Positions 19,355-28,830 of a DNA stretch of 64,000 nt are shown piece by piece. The DNA lies in assembly GCA_963795085.1 (NCBI GenBank), contig CAWCFX010000003.1:331696-395695 (forward strand), written 5' to 3'. Position numbers and translations under genes: made by a program. How positions within the stretch are numbered: the stretch's first letter is position 1; each line of letters opens with the position of its first letter. This DNA comes from an uncultured Gemmatimonadales bacterium (GTDB lineage Bacteria; Gemmatimonadota; Gemmatimonadetes; Gemmatimonadales; GWC2-71-9). Under the pieces are notes generated by a model, which did no database searches, was not told where the DNA came from, and saw only the letters and a program-made list of their open reading frames with translations.

Positions 19355-20626
19355 TCACCGCACCCCCGTGAGCATCCGGGCAAACCGGGCTTCCCCCCAC
19401 ACCAGCGCCGTCACGGCACCGGCGGCGTCGGTCTCCACCCGCACGGTCGCATAGTCCTGGGGCGAGAAGAAGGTGCTGTCGCTGGTAGGGATCAGGGCGT
19501 AGGTCCCCATCAGCCCCAGGGTCGGTGATGCAAAGGACAGCGGGACCGGCCCACCGATCTGATAGTCGCCTGAGTAGCGACGCTGGAGGTCGGCGCTGAG
19601 GGCGATTGGAGTGACAGCAGGCATAACCGGGGGAGCCACCGCCTCGCCCCGGGCCAGGCGTACCATGTCCCGCCTGAGGAAGTCCACGGCCCCGGTCGCG
19701 AGGTTCCCGGCGAAGATGACCGTGATCCCATCGCCAGCGGTGTAGTCAGCGAAGGCCCGGTATCCGTTGGTGACACCGGCCCAGCTGAAGTCGCCATTCG
19801 CCGAGGCAAGGCGCCGCTGGGCGGATTCTCCATATCCACCGGCGACCAGCCGCCGCATGATACGGAACAAGTCCCCGGGCGTCGTATAGACCGACCCGGC
19901 GCCGACGAGAAAGGAAAGATCCTTGGCCGGCGCCGGGACCAATCCACGCGAGCCATGGACCAGGCTGGCCGGGGCATTTCGCGGACTCCCCAGGGTCGCG
20001 TCGCGGGTCCCGGCCGCGCCCGCCGGCGCGAGCACGACGCTGTCCAGCAGCCGGGCGTAGGATGCTCTTCCCGCCAGTTCCAGCACCCGGGCCAGCACCG
20101 AATACCCCGCAGAGCTGTATAGGCGGGTCGAGTCGGGCGAAAAGACGGGCGAGGCCAGGGCAACGAGACGGACCATGTCGCTGGCCGTGCGCCGGGTATT
20201 CTCGTCATCCGGCTGGGTCACCCGGTGGGGAATTCCGCTACGGTGCTGCATCAGCATGTCCACGGTGATCCGGCCGGCCCGGGGAAAACCTGGCAGCCAG
20301 GTGCCGATCGTGTCTGTGAGGGACAGGCGGCCGGCCTCAATCAGGCGCATGGCCAGGATCACGGTGAGAGGCTTGGTGAGTGATGCGACCGCGTAGGGGG
20401 TATCGGTGCGGTTCCCGGCCCCGAAGGCCCGGTGATAGAGGATCTCATCCCCCCGCGCGACGAGGACGGTGCCGGAGAGCTGGTTGGCCCGGACCAGGTC
20501 GGCGGCCCAGGCATCGGCCGCGCGGGCCATCTCGGCCGGCTGGCGGGGCTGCTGGCCCTCGGCGAGTGCGGCGTAGAACATGGCGAGAACGAGCGCGCGC
20601 GTTACCCTGAGGACTGACGTCCGCAT
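19355..20626 (-). CDS. secreted serine hydrolase, beta-lactamase family
   Basis: ORF track 423 aa. S-x-x-K in YAVASLTKPLTVILAMRLIEAGRL, then YSSAGY. Third paralog in this window. Confidence 0.85.
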   Translation of the reverse strand: MRTSVLRVTRALVLAMFYAALAEGQQPRQPAEMARAADAWAADLVRANQLSGTVLVARGDEILYHRAFGAGNRTDTPYAVASLTKPLTVILAMRLIEAGRLSLTDTIGTWLPGFPRAGRITVDMLMQHRSGIPHRVTQPDDENTRRTASDMVRLVALASPVFSPDSTRLYSSAGYSVLARVLELAGRASYARLLDSVVLAPAGAAGTRDATLGSPRNAPASLVHGSRGLVPAPAKDLSFLVGAGSVYTTPGDLFRIMRRLVAGGYGESAQRRLASANGDFSWAGVTNGYRAFADYTAGDGITVIFAGNLATGAVDFLRRDMVRLARGEAVAPPVMPAVTPIALSADLQRRYSGDYQIGGPVPLSFASPTLGLMGTYALIPTSDSTFFSPQDYATVRVETDAAGAVTALVWGEARFARMLTGVR

Positions 20627-20756
20627 TCCGGCCCCCTGGAGGAGATGAGTGATCGAATGCGTGGTTGGATACGTCGAGCGCCGGGAACGTTGCCGCGGGA
20701 GGGGCCGGTCTGTGAGCGATGGGAGAGCAGAGATGTGCTAACTTTTTGAAATCGTA

Positions 20757-21140
20757 CCACGCCGCGGTGAGCGGGCGTTGAGATTGCCTACCCGCACACT
20801 TCGATGCGCTTCACCGCAGAGGATGCCGATTGAACTGAGAGTTTCGGAGAAACAGCCTTGGGGATGTTGCTGCGAACTCCGCGCGACCTCTGCGCAATCT
20901 GCGGTGGAGCGGTTGCTGTGGCGGGTGTGCGGGCGTCGAGATCGCATCCCCGCAGGCTTCGATGCGCTTCACCGGTGGAGTGGTTGCTGTTGCGGGTGAG
21001 GGGGCATCGCGTTCGCTTCCCCGCACGCCTCGATGCGTTTTAACGCAGAGGACGCGGATTGAACTGAGCGTCGCAGAGAACAACCTTTCGGGTGTTCCTG
21101 CGAACTCCGCGCGACCTCGGGGAACTCTGCGGTGAAGTGG
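20757..21140. repeat. dispersed intergenic repeat, family A, ~2.5 tandem units of ~150 nt
   Basis: The same unit as at 19.1 kb restarts at ~20798, ~20958 and ~21029 (CTTCGATGCGCTTCACCGCAGAGGATGCCGATTGAACTGAGAGTTTCGGAGAAACAGCC...TGCGAACTCCGCGCGACCTCTGCGCAATCTGCGGTGG). Confidence 0.8.
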
Positions 21141-21338
21141 ATGCCTTGAGTCCGATGGTATTCTGTCTCCGCGGTCTTTCGGTTGGCCCGGCCTTCTCTG
21201 CGTTAGGGCGCCTCGAAACGCCACTTCCGATGGTCCCTCCACCCACAGTCACCGGGGCTTCCCCGAGGTTGCCCGAAACCCTGCGCAGGGCGACATTTAG
21301 CCACTTCAGTTGCACTCCCCGACATAACCGGAGCATTG

Positions 21339-24287
21339 ATGGCGGTCGCCGCGCGCGCATGCCCTGCCTGTAAGACTCCTTTACCCGAGGAGGCCCAGTT
21401 CTGCCTCCGCTGCGGCCTCGCCACCCCGACCGATCCCGGCGTGCCGCCCCGCACCGGCGCCACCGGCGTGGTCGAGGTCAGCCAGGTGAAGCGGGCCCTG
21501 GCCAGCCGCTACAAGGTGGAGCGGGTACTGGGCGAGGGGGGCATGGCGACGGTCTATCTCGCCCACGACCTCAAGTACCAGCGCAGCGTGGCGGTCAAGG
21601 TGATGCGGCCGGAGCTGGCCTCCACTCTCGGCGCCGACCGGTTTCTCCGCGAGGTCCAGATCGCCGCCCGGCTCACCCACCCCCACATCCTGCCCATGTA
21701 CGAGTCGGGCGAGGCCGAGGGGCTGCTGTACTATGTCATGCCCTACGTGGAGGGCGAGACGCTCAGAGACCGGCTGCGCCGCGAGTCCCAGCTTCCCGTC
21801 GAGGACGCGCTCAAGATCGCCCGGGAGATCTCAGAAGCCCTCGCCTACGCCCACGCCCAGGGCATCATCCACCGCGATATCAAGCCGGCCAACATCCTGC
21901 TGGGCGGCGGCCACGCCATGGTCGCCGACTTCGGCATCGCCCGCGCGGTCACCGCGACCGCCACGGAACCGCTCACCCAGACCGGGCTGGCGGTGGGGAC
22001 GCCGCAGTACATGTCGCCCGAGCAGGCCATGGGCGACCGCGAGGTGGATGCCCGCGCCGACATCTACGCGGTGGGCGCCCTCCTCTACGAGATGATCGCC
22101 GGGGAGCCGCCCTTCACCGGGCCCACCCCCCGCGCGATCGTCACCCGGAGCATGACGGAGGACCCCCGCTCGCTCACCGCCTCCCGCGCGGGTCTGTTCC
22201 CTGACGTAGATCGCGTCGCCCTGAAGGCGCTGGCCAAGAGCCCCGCCGACCGTTACCCGACCGCCACTGCCCTCGCGGCCGCGCTCGACCTGGCGATGGA
22301 AGCTACCCGGAGCGGTGCCCGGCCGGTCGCCGTGGCCAGCGGCCCCGCCCCGCTCCAGGTACTCCTCCTCTTCCTCCTCGCCGGCACCGCGGTGCTGGCC
22401 GTGGCCTACGCCCTGGTGCGGAAGGTCGGCCTGCCCGGATGGATGTTCCTGCTGGCCGTCGCCCTGATGCTGGCCGGGCTTCCTATCATGCTGCTGACCG
22501 CGCGCGCAGAACGTCGCCGGGAAGGAGGCCGGGACGAACCCGGGATCCGCCGACTCCTCACCTGGCGAAATGGGCTGGCAGGCGGCGTCCTCGCCTTTGC
22601 CGCCTGGGGCGTCCTCGCGGCAGCCCTCGTCCTCCAGAGCCCCGCCGTGGCGGGCGCGGCCCCGGAAGGCGCCCGGCTCGCCGTCCTCCCGTTCACCAAT
22701 CGAGGAGCGCCCGAGGATGCCTACTTCGCCGACGGAATCGCGGACGAACTCCGCGGCAAGCTGGCGGGGCTGGGACGCTTCCAGCTCACGGCCCGGACCA
22801 GCTCCGACCAGTACCGGGAGAGCACCAAGTCCCCCCAGGAGATCGGCCGGGAACTGGGCGTGGATTACCTGCTCACCGCCACCGTCCGCTGGGCCAAGGC
22901 GGCCGACGGGACCGGCCGGGTCCAGGTGGTGCCCGAACTGATCGACACCCGGACCGGCGACATCACCTGGCAGCAGTCGTACGATGCCAACCTCACCGAT
23001 GTCTTCCAGGTACAGACCCAGATCGCCAGCCGGGTGGCGGGCGCCCTCGGCGTGGCGCTGGGCAGCCGGGAACAGGTCCAGCTGGCCGAGCGGCCGACCG
23101 ACAACCTGGCGGCCTACGATCTCTACCTCAAAGGGATGGCCACGTCCAGCACGGATCCGGCCAGCCTGCGCCGGGCCATTGCGTTCTTCGAACAGGCCAC
23201 CGCGCTGGATTCCACCTTTGCCGAGGCCTGGACCCAGCTCAGCGGCTCCCTTGGAACCCTGTACACCAACAGCGTCCCCGATCCCCAGGTGGGTCAGCGG
23301 GCGCTGGCGGCCGCCGAGCGTGCCCTGAGACTGGATCCGGATGGATCCCAGGGCCACCGGGCGCTGGCCCGCTATCACATCAGCGTCACCAAGAACCTGG
23401 CCGAAGCGGAGCGCCATCTCAGCCAGGCGCTCAGCCTGGAGCCCAATAATCCCGACTATCTGGCGTTGGCGGGAGCGATTGAGCGGACCTCAGGACGCTA
23501 CGAGGAGGCCCTGTCCCACATGCAGCAGGCATTCCGGCTGGACCCCCGGTCCATCCGGAACGCCATTCGGCTGCAGAACACCTACCTCTGGCTCCGGCGG
23601 TACCCCGAGGCGCTGCAGGCGAGCGAAGCGGCCCTGGCACTGGCACCAGGGGATCTGAGTATCAGCCAGGACAAGGCCATGGTCTACCTCGCCCAGGGGG
23701 ACCTCGCCGGCGCGCGGGAGGTGATTCGGCAGGTCTCTCCCACCGTCGTCATGCCGGACCTGGTCGCCTTCTTCGGCGTGTACTGGGACATGTACTGGGT
23801 CCTGGAGGATCCTCAGCAGGAGTTGCTGCTCCGGCTCACGCCCACGGCGTTCGACAACGACCGGGGTTCATGGGCGACGGTCATGATGCAGCTTCACTGG
23901 CTCCGCGGGGACCGCACCCGGGCCCGGGCCTACGCCGACAGCGCCCTGCGGGAGATCCAGGTCCAGATTCGCGGGGCACCCGACGACGGACAGCGGCATG
24001 TGATCGGCGCGCTGGCACTGGCGTACCTGGGCCGGAAGGCCGAAGCCATCGCCCAGGGACAGAGAGGCATCGCGCTCAGCCCCATCAGCGTGGACCACGT
24101 GAACGGGCCCTATTACCAGCACCTGATGGCGCGGATCTATCTGCGGGTCGGTGAGCCGGAGAAGGCGATCGACATGCTGGAGCCGCTGCTCCGGATGCCG
24201 TACTTTCTGTCGCCGGGGTGGCTCCGGGTGGATCCCACCTTTGCGGAGCTCAAGGGGAATCCGCGGTACGATCGTTTGCTTCGGTAA
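21339..24287 (+). CDS. Ser/Thr protein kinase with N-terminal zinc ribbon, TM region, extracytoplasmic module and TPR domain
   Basis: ORF track 983 aa (TTG at 21336, ATG at 21339). CPACKTPLPEEAQFCLRCG zinc ribbon. Kinase motifs GEGGMATVYLA, VAVKV, HRDIKPANILL, DFGIA, GTPQYMSPEQ. TPR-rich C-terminus. Confidence 0.9.
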   Translation: MAVAARACPACKTPLPEEAQFCLRCGLATPTDPGVPPRTGATGVVEVSQVKRALASRYKVERVLGEGGMATVYLAHDLKYQRSVAVKVMRPELASTLGADRFLREVQIAARLTHPHILPMYESGEAEGLLYYVMPYVEGETLRDRLRRESQLPVEDALKIAREISEALAYAHAQGIIHRDIKPANILLGGGHAMVADFGIARAVTATATEPLTQTGLAVGTPQYMSPEQAMGDREVDARADIYAVGALLYEMIAGEPPFTGPTPRAIVTRSMTEDPRSLTASRAGLFPDVDRVALKALAKSPADRYPTATALAAALDLAMEATRSGARPVAVASGPAPLQVLLLFLLAGTAVLAVAYALVRKVGLPGWMFLLAVALMLAGLPIMLLTARAERRREGGRDEPGIRRLLTWRNGLAGGVLAFAAWGVLAAALVLQSPAVAGAAPEGARLAVLPFTNRGAPEDAYFADGIADELRGKLAGLGRFQLTARTSSDQYRESTKSPQEIGRELGVDYLLTATVRWAKAADGTGRVQVVPELIDTRTGDITWQQSYDANLTDVFQVQTQIASRVAGALGVALGSREQVQLAERPTDNLAAYDLYLKGMATSSTDPASLRRAIAFFEQATALDSTFAEAWTQLSGSLGTLYTNSVPDPQVGQRALAAAERALRLDPDGSQGHRALARYHISVTKNLAEAERHLSQALSLEPNNPDYLALAGAIERTSGRYEEALSHMQQAFRLDPRSIRNAIRLQNTYLWLRRYPEALQASEAALALAPGDLSISQDKAMVYLAQGDLAGAREVIRQVSPTVVMPDLVAFFGVYWDMYWVLEDPQQELLLRLTPTAFDNDRGSWATVMMQLHWLRGDRTRARAYADSALREIQVQIRGAPDDGQRHVIGALALAYLGRKAEAIAQGQRGIALSPISVDHVNGPYYQHLMARIYLRVGEPEKAIDMLEPLLRMPYFLSPGWLRVDPTFAELKGNPRYDRLLR

Positions 24288-24766
24288 AACGTCTGGCGGC
24301 GGACGGCGGGTCGCTCTTAGCGACCGTGCCTGCTCAGGGTGCGGGTCAGCAGCATCGCTTCCGTGCCGGTGCCGAGGCGCATCAACGCGAGGGGCGCCAG
24401 GTAAACAAGACCTGAGAAACATTGGCGATTGGTCAATGTCCACCGCCTAGCCATACCGCCTTTCCCGCCGGGAGCCGCGACCCGGGCACACAGGACGACC
24501 CGGTCGCCACCAGGGCCATCACCAGGGGAACCAGCAGCAGCCAGCGCCCCCGGCCCCAATGCAGCCCGAAGCCACGGGCGACCGGGACACCTGGCCCGAC
24601 CGCAGGTCCTCGTGCGCCTCCTCCGCCCGGTCCTACCGCCCATTCTGACCGCCCTATTTGCTCCCCCGCCCGGGAGCGAAACGTGATCCCGGTCACATCT
24701 CAGCATGCTCCGGCTGGCCAGAAATGGTTCACGTCATCCCGCACCGCGGTAGCTCACCCTCACACG

Positions 24767-24825
24767 TGCAACCATTTAGTTGCATATATCCCGGCCCCCC
24801 GCTATGATACTCAACGGTACCGTTG
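24767..24825 (+). promoter_or_regulatory. sigma70-like promoter (TTGCAT-17 nt-TATGAT) bracketed by two CAAC-N6-GTTG palindromes
   Basis: -35 TTGCAT at 24780-24785, a 17-nt spacer, and -10 TATGAT at 24803-24808. Palindrome TGCAACcatttaGTTGCA at 24767-24784 overlaps the -35. Perfect palindrome CAACGGTACCGTTG at 24812-24825 lies just downstream of the -10. The site is ~40 nt upstream of the DUF2182 gene start. Confidence 0.5.
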
Positions 24826-24864
24826 CCTGACTATGCGACCCCAGGAGGCTCCTGACAGTTCGCC

Positions 24865-25560
24865 ATGCCTGACCACGCATCTCCGGATCCGCCCACCAGC
24901 CGCCCCGCGGTGGCCGCCGCCGCTCTCGCCATGACCCTCGGGATCGGGGCCGCCGCCTGGATGGTGACGCTCCGCCAGGTGCGCAGCATGGACACGGGGG
25001 ACACCGCCAGCCTCGGCCCTTTCGCGTCGTTCGTCGGCGCCTGGGCCGTGATGATGGCGGCGATGATGCTCCCGGCCGCCGCCCCCGCGGTGCTCCGGCT
25101 GGCCAGGGCCCGGGGCCGGGTCCTCGTGGTGCTTCGCTTTCTCGGGTCCTACCTGGCCGTCTGGACGTTCATCGGGGTGGTGATCTTTGCGCTGTACCGC
25201 CCGCCCGAATCCACCCTGGCCGGCCTGCTGTTGATCGCGGCCGGGATCTACGAACTGACCCCCGTCAAAGGGGAGTACCGGAGGCGGTGCCGGGAGACGG
25301 TCGGGTCGGGATGGCGGTTCGGGCTCGACTGCGCCGGCTCGAGCATCGGCCTGATGCTGGTGCTGCTGGCCCTGGGCATCATGAGTCTCGCCTGGATGAT
25401 CGTGGTGACCGTCCTGGTCCTGGTCCAGAAGGTCTTGCCGGCGCGGCGCGCCATCGACGTGCCGCTGGCCCTGGGCCTGGTCGCCCTGGGGCTGGTGATC
25501 CTCATCGCCCCGTCCTCGATCGGCCTCGTCGCCTCCATGCCGGCGATGCCGCACAGGTGA
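24865..25560 (+). CDS. DUF2182-like integral membrane protein (predicted metal-binding)
   Basis: ORF track 231 aa. Multi-pass protein with FVGAWAVMMAAMMLPAAAP and AAGIYELTPVKGEYRRRCR motifs as seen in DUF2182 proteins. Confidence 0.7.
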   Translation: MPDHASPDPPTSRPAVAAAALAMTLGIGAAAWMVTLRQVRSMDTGDTASLGPFASFVGAWAVMMAAMMLPAAAPAVLRLARARGRVLVVLRFLGSYLAVWTFIGVVIFALYRPPESTLAGLLLIAAGIYELTPVKGEYRRRCRETVGSGWRFGLDCAGSSIGLMLVLLALGIMSLAWMIVVTVLVLVQKVLPARRAIDVPLALGLVALGLVILIAPSSIGLVASMPAMPHR

Positions 25561-25606
25561 CCGGCCGGCGTCGCCGGCTGCTGCGATTACCTCAAGGAGA
25601 TTGTCA

Positions 25607-26383
25607 ATGACATCGCATACGACCGGAACCCGGGAGGAATGGCGCAGCGCCCGGATCGCCCTCCTCAAGGCCGAGAAGGAGTTGACCCGCAAGGGCGACG
25701 AACTGGCCCGGCAACGGCAGGCGCTGCCCTGGGTTCGGATTGATAAGCCGTATCGCTTCGACACCGACCAGGGACCGGCCACCCTCGCCGATCTCTTCCA
25801 GGGCCGGTCCCAGCTCCTGGTGTACCATTTCATGTTCGGCCCCGATTATACGGCGGGCTGTCCGGCCTGCTCGTCCATCGCCGACGGGTTCAACGGGCCC
25901 CACGTCCACCTGGCGAATCACGACGTCATGTTCTGGGCGGTCTCCCGGGCGCCGCTCCCGAAGCTCATGGCCTACCGGAAACGGATGGGCTGGAGTTTCC
26001 CCTGGGCCTCCTCCGCGACCACGGACTTCAACCACGACTTCCAGGTCTACTTTACCGAGGAAGAGCAGCGGACGGGGGAGGTCGAGTACAACTACCGGAA
26101 GTCGGGCCACAGTTCCCGGAAGGACATCGAGGAGCAGGCCGAGCCACCCGAAGGGAAGAAGATCGCGGCGACGACCGGCACCGACTGGGCGACCTACACT
26201 CGCGAGGCACCCGGCATGAGCGCCTTCGCGCTGGAGGACGGGGTGGTCTATCACACCTATTCCGCCTTCGCACGCGGGGTGGACGGGCTCTGGGGCATGT
26301 ACCAGTGGCTCGACCGGGCGCCCCAGGGGCGGAACGAGTCGGATTTCTGGATCCGCCGCCACGACGAGTACGGCCACCCATGA
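25607..26383 (+). CDS. DUF899 thioredoxin-like protein
   Basis: ATG at 25607 lies 7 nt after AAGGAG (25594-25599). REEWRSARIALLKAEKELTRKGDELARQRQALPWV...LLVYHFMFGPDYTAGCPACSSIADGF is the typical DUF899 signature. Confidence 0.8.
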   Translation: MTSHTTGTREEWRSARIALLKAEKELTRKGDELARQRQALPWVRIDKPYRFDTDQGPATLADLFQGRSQLLVYHFMFGPDYTAGCPACSSIADGFNGPHVHLANHDVMFWAVSRAPLPKLMAYRKRMGWSFPWASSATTDFNHDFQVYFTEEEQRTGEVEYNYRKSGHSSRKDIEEQAEPPEGKKIAATTGTDWATYTREAPGMSAFALEDGVVYHTYSAFARGVDGLWGMYQWLDRAPQGRNESDFWIRRHDEYGHP

Positions 26384-26826
26384 GTCCCGACCGGATTGAA
26401 ACGAGGGTCGAGGTCCTGGCTCCACGCACCCGGGTCTGGCGCGCGGTCGCCGACGCCGGAGAGTTCGGCAACTGGTTCGGCATGAAGCTGGATGGCGACT
26501 TCAGGGTCGGCGCGACCGTGCGGGGCCGGCTCACGGTCAAGGGCTTCGAGCATGCTTCGATCGACCTGACGATCGTCGCCATCGAACCGGAACACTACTT
26601 CGCCTACCGCTGGCATCCCTACGCGGTGGATCCCGCGGTGGACTACTCCGCGGAACCGACGACGCTGGTCGAGTTCCGGCTGGAGGAGACGGCCGGCGGG
26701 ACGGCCCTGCTGATCGTCGAATCGGGTTTCGACCGGCTTCCCCCGGCGCGGCAGGCGGAGGCGTTCCGCATGAACCAGCAGGGGTGGGCCGGGCAGTCGA
26801 AGAACCTGGTACGGTATGTCGGCTAG
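26380..26826 (+). CDS. SRPBCC/AHSA1-family protein
   Basis: ATGA start/stop overlap with the DUF899 gene. MSPDRIETRVEVLAPRTRVWRAVADAGEFGNWFG...FAYRWHPYAV...GWAGQSKNLVRYV. Confidence 0.8.
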   Translation: MSPDRIETRVEVLAPRTRVWRAVADAGEFGNWFGMKLDGDFRVGATVRGRLTVKGFEHASIDLTIVAIEPEHYFAYRWHPYAVDPAVDYSAEPTTLVEFRLEETAGGTALLIVESGFDRLPPARQAEAFRMNQQGWAGQSKNLVRYVG

Positions 26827-27181
26827 CCGGAGCGGAGCCCTGCGAAAGACCGCCGCACCGGGCGCCGTTCCCGCCGCGGCGCCGCTCTTTGCCGCGCTGG
26901 GCGACCCGACCCGGCTCGGCCTCATCCGCCGGCTCTCCGCTGACGGCCCGCTCTCGATCACCCGGTTGAGCCAGGGCACCGGCGTCACCCGCCAGGCCAT
27001 CACCCGGCACCTGCGGACCCTCGAGTCCGCCGGTTTGGTGCATGACGCGCGGCGCGGGCGGGAGCGGGTGTTCTCGCTGGATCTCAAGCGGCTGGAGCGG
27101 GCCCGGGCCTATCTCGACCAGGTCGCCCTGCAATGGCAGGCCGCCGCGATCCGGCTGAAGGCGTTCGTGGAGAAGGAGTAG
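26816..27181 (+). CDS. ArsR/SmtB-family transcriptional regulator
   Basis: ORF track 121 aa. LFAALGDPTRLGLIRRLSADGPLSITRLSQGTGVTRQAITRHLRTLESAGLV (wHTH). Overlaps the upstream gene by 11 nt. Confidence 0.85.
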   Translation: MSASRSGALRKTAAPGAVPAAAPLFAALGDPTRLGLIRRLSADGPLSITRLSQGTGVTRQAITRHLRTLESAGLVHDARRGRERVFSLDLKRLERARAYLDQVALQWQAAAIRLKAFVEKE

Positions 27182-27258
27182 CTGACGGACGCCGGCCGCA
27201 GTACGACGGTGTTGGTGGAAGACAATCATGCAATCCTTTGGAATTCATTCAACGAGGT

Positions 27259-27780
27259 ATGGTTCCCATGACCGCAATACACGCAACCGCGAGAGAGACT
27301 GATATTTTCCGAAACCAGGGCCAGGCGGTGGACACGACCGTGAAGCTCAACCTGGCCGGCATCACCCACGAGGAGAGCCTGATCCAGCCCGAGCCGGGCG
27401 GGAATTGCATCAACTGGGTGCTCGGTCACTTGCTGAGCATCTACAACCAGGCCCTTCCCCTGCTGGGCCAGGAACCGGCCCTCGATCAGGCCACCATCAC
27501 CCGCTATGCGCGGGGATCCGACGCGATCACCGATCCCGCCCAGGCCAGGCGGTTTGAGGATTTGCGGACGGCATGGGACACCACGGTACAGCGGATCGAC
27601 GCCGGCCTGGCGGGGTTGACTCCCGAGGGGCTGGACCGCCGGGTGCCGCCGGAGGGAAATGCCGAACCGGGGGAGACGGTGCGCGATACGTTGAGCGTCC
27701 TGATGTTCCACCAGGGGTATCACGCGGGGCAGACCGGCGTGTTGCGGCGGCTGGTGGGAAAGACGGGGGCGATCAAGTAG
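27259..27780 (+). CDS. DinB-family (four-helix bundle, metal-dependent) protein
   Basis: Internal ATG at 27259, or alternatively 27268. NCINWVLGHLL...LSVLMFHQGYHAGQTGVLRRLVGK are the typical DinB His motifs. Confidence 0.8.
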   Translation: MVPMTAIHATARETDIFRNQGQAVDTTVKLNLAGITHEESLIQPEPGGNCINWVLGHLLSIYNQALPLLGQEPALDQATITRYARGSDAITDPAQARRFEDLRTAWDTTVQRIDAGLAGLTPEGLDRRVPPEGNAEPGETVRDTLSVLMFHQGYHAGQTGVLRRLVGKTGAIK

Positions 27781-27817
27781 GGGGCGCGGACGACAGCGTG
27801 ATGGGGCGGTAGCTCCA

Positions 27818-28325
27818 CCTCCTGTGCAGCGGCATTACTCCCAGGCGAGTTTCGACGCGCATTACCGCAGAGGACGCGGGGTAAACGGAGAGTTTCGCAG
27901 ACGGGACATTTGTGTCTCTGCGATCTCTCGGGTGCCCCTGCGCTCTCTGCGTTAGTGCGCCTCGACGCTATCCGCCACTGTGATCTGGCTGCCCGGGACC
28001 GCAGGCAGCGGTTCAGCAGCCCGGATTGGTCGCCAAGACCGTGAAGGGCGCCCCTGCCGGAATGTTACCCCTCCTGTGCAGCAGCATCACTGCCAGGCAG
28101 GGTTCGACGCGCATTAGCGCAGAGAACGCGGGGGAAACCAGGAGGTTCGCTGAAGAAAAGATGGTGTTCTCCTCTTCTGCGATCTCTGGTTTACCCCTGC
28201 GCTCTCTGCGTTGATGCGCCTCGGCGCTATCCGCCAGTGTAATCTGGCTGCCCCGGGACCGCAGGCAGCGGTTCAGCAGCCCGGATCGGCCGCCATGACC
28301 GTGAAGGGTGCACCCACGGGAATGT
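27818..28325. repeat. tandem duplication, 2 x ~252 bp, the second unit ending inside the 3' end of the cupin gene
   Basis: CCTCCTGTGCAGC...GAATGTT occurs at 27818-28069 and again at 28070-~28325, roughly 85-90% identical by eye. Unit 1 contains a pseudo-copy (28012-28068) of the last ~18 codons plus stop of the cupin CDS. Each unit also holds one long imperfect palindrome of repeat family A. Confidence 0.85.
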
Positions 28326-28830
28326 TGAACCGCGTGACCAGGACGATGGCCGTGTCCACGCTGGTGACGATGGCCCGGTGGACCTGGTCGCCCACCTCAT
28401 AGTACGCGTTCCCGGGAACGTATACCGGGGTCTCCACGCAGCCACCCTTGCCAAGGTAGCGCTCGAGCTTGATCTCGCCCTGGAGGACGTAGATGAAACT
28501 GGGCCCGGGATGGGTATGCCACATGCCCGCGCCGGGCGGGAACAGGGACTGCTGGATGACGATGTCCTTCACTTCCTCCGACCGTATTCCGAAGCCGGGC
28601 TGCTGGACGCGAATGGGACCCATGGGGGCCCGGAAGGTGAAGGGGGTCAGGGCGAGGGTGCTGACATCGGAGGTGACCGCGGAGGACATGTGGCCGGCGC
28701 CGGCAGACATGACCGGGGACAGGTCGGCGCCGGCTCCGGCGGGCGCCACGGGCGAGTCGTCCGAGCACCCGGCAAACCCGCCGATGGCGATAATCGTAAG
28801 ACAAGCAATGGTGAGCATACGGCGTGACAT
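28273..28830 (-). CDS. cupin-domain lipoprotein
   Basis: ATG at 28830 lies 5 nt after AGGAGG. Lipobox IGGFAGCSDD. Cupin-like GAGMWHTHPGPSFIYVLQGEIKLE...PGNAYYEVGDQVH. Confidence 0.7.
   Translation of the reverse strand: MSRRMLTIACLTIIAIGGFAGCSDDSPVAPAGAGADLSPVMSAGAGHMSSAVTSDVSTLALTPFTFRAPMGPIRVQQPGFGIRSEEVKDIVIQQSLFPPGAGMWHTHPGPSFIYVLQGEIKLERYLGKGGCVETPVYVPGNAYYEVGDQVHRAIVTSVDTAIVLVTRFNIPVGAPFTVMAADPGC

Noticed and set aside
18982-21463. Numerous 60-145-aa ORFs in the long intergenic regions (e.g. 19026..19400(-), 20811..21242(-), 21040..21360(-))
   Set aside because: They are composed of family A repeat sequence, overlap one another in several frames, and lack starts with RBS.
21831-23417. 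528-aa minus-strand ORF inside the kinase gene; the same applies to 31421..32989(-), 37441..38649(+), 42045..43961(-) and 39971..40996(+)
   Set aside because: All are antisense shadows of genes with clear catalytic motifs (kinase HRDIKP/DFG, metzincin HExxHxxGxxH, and so on).
24433-24696. 87-aa minus-strand ORF with one hydrophobic stretch (RWLLLVPLVMALVATGSS) in the 578-nt gap after the kinase gene
   Set aside because: High GC3 holds only over ~35 codons. There is no RBS or convincing start, and the N-terminal half is Gly/Arg low complexity. The support is insufficient to call a gene.
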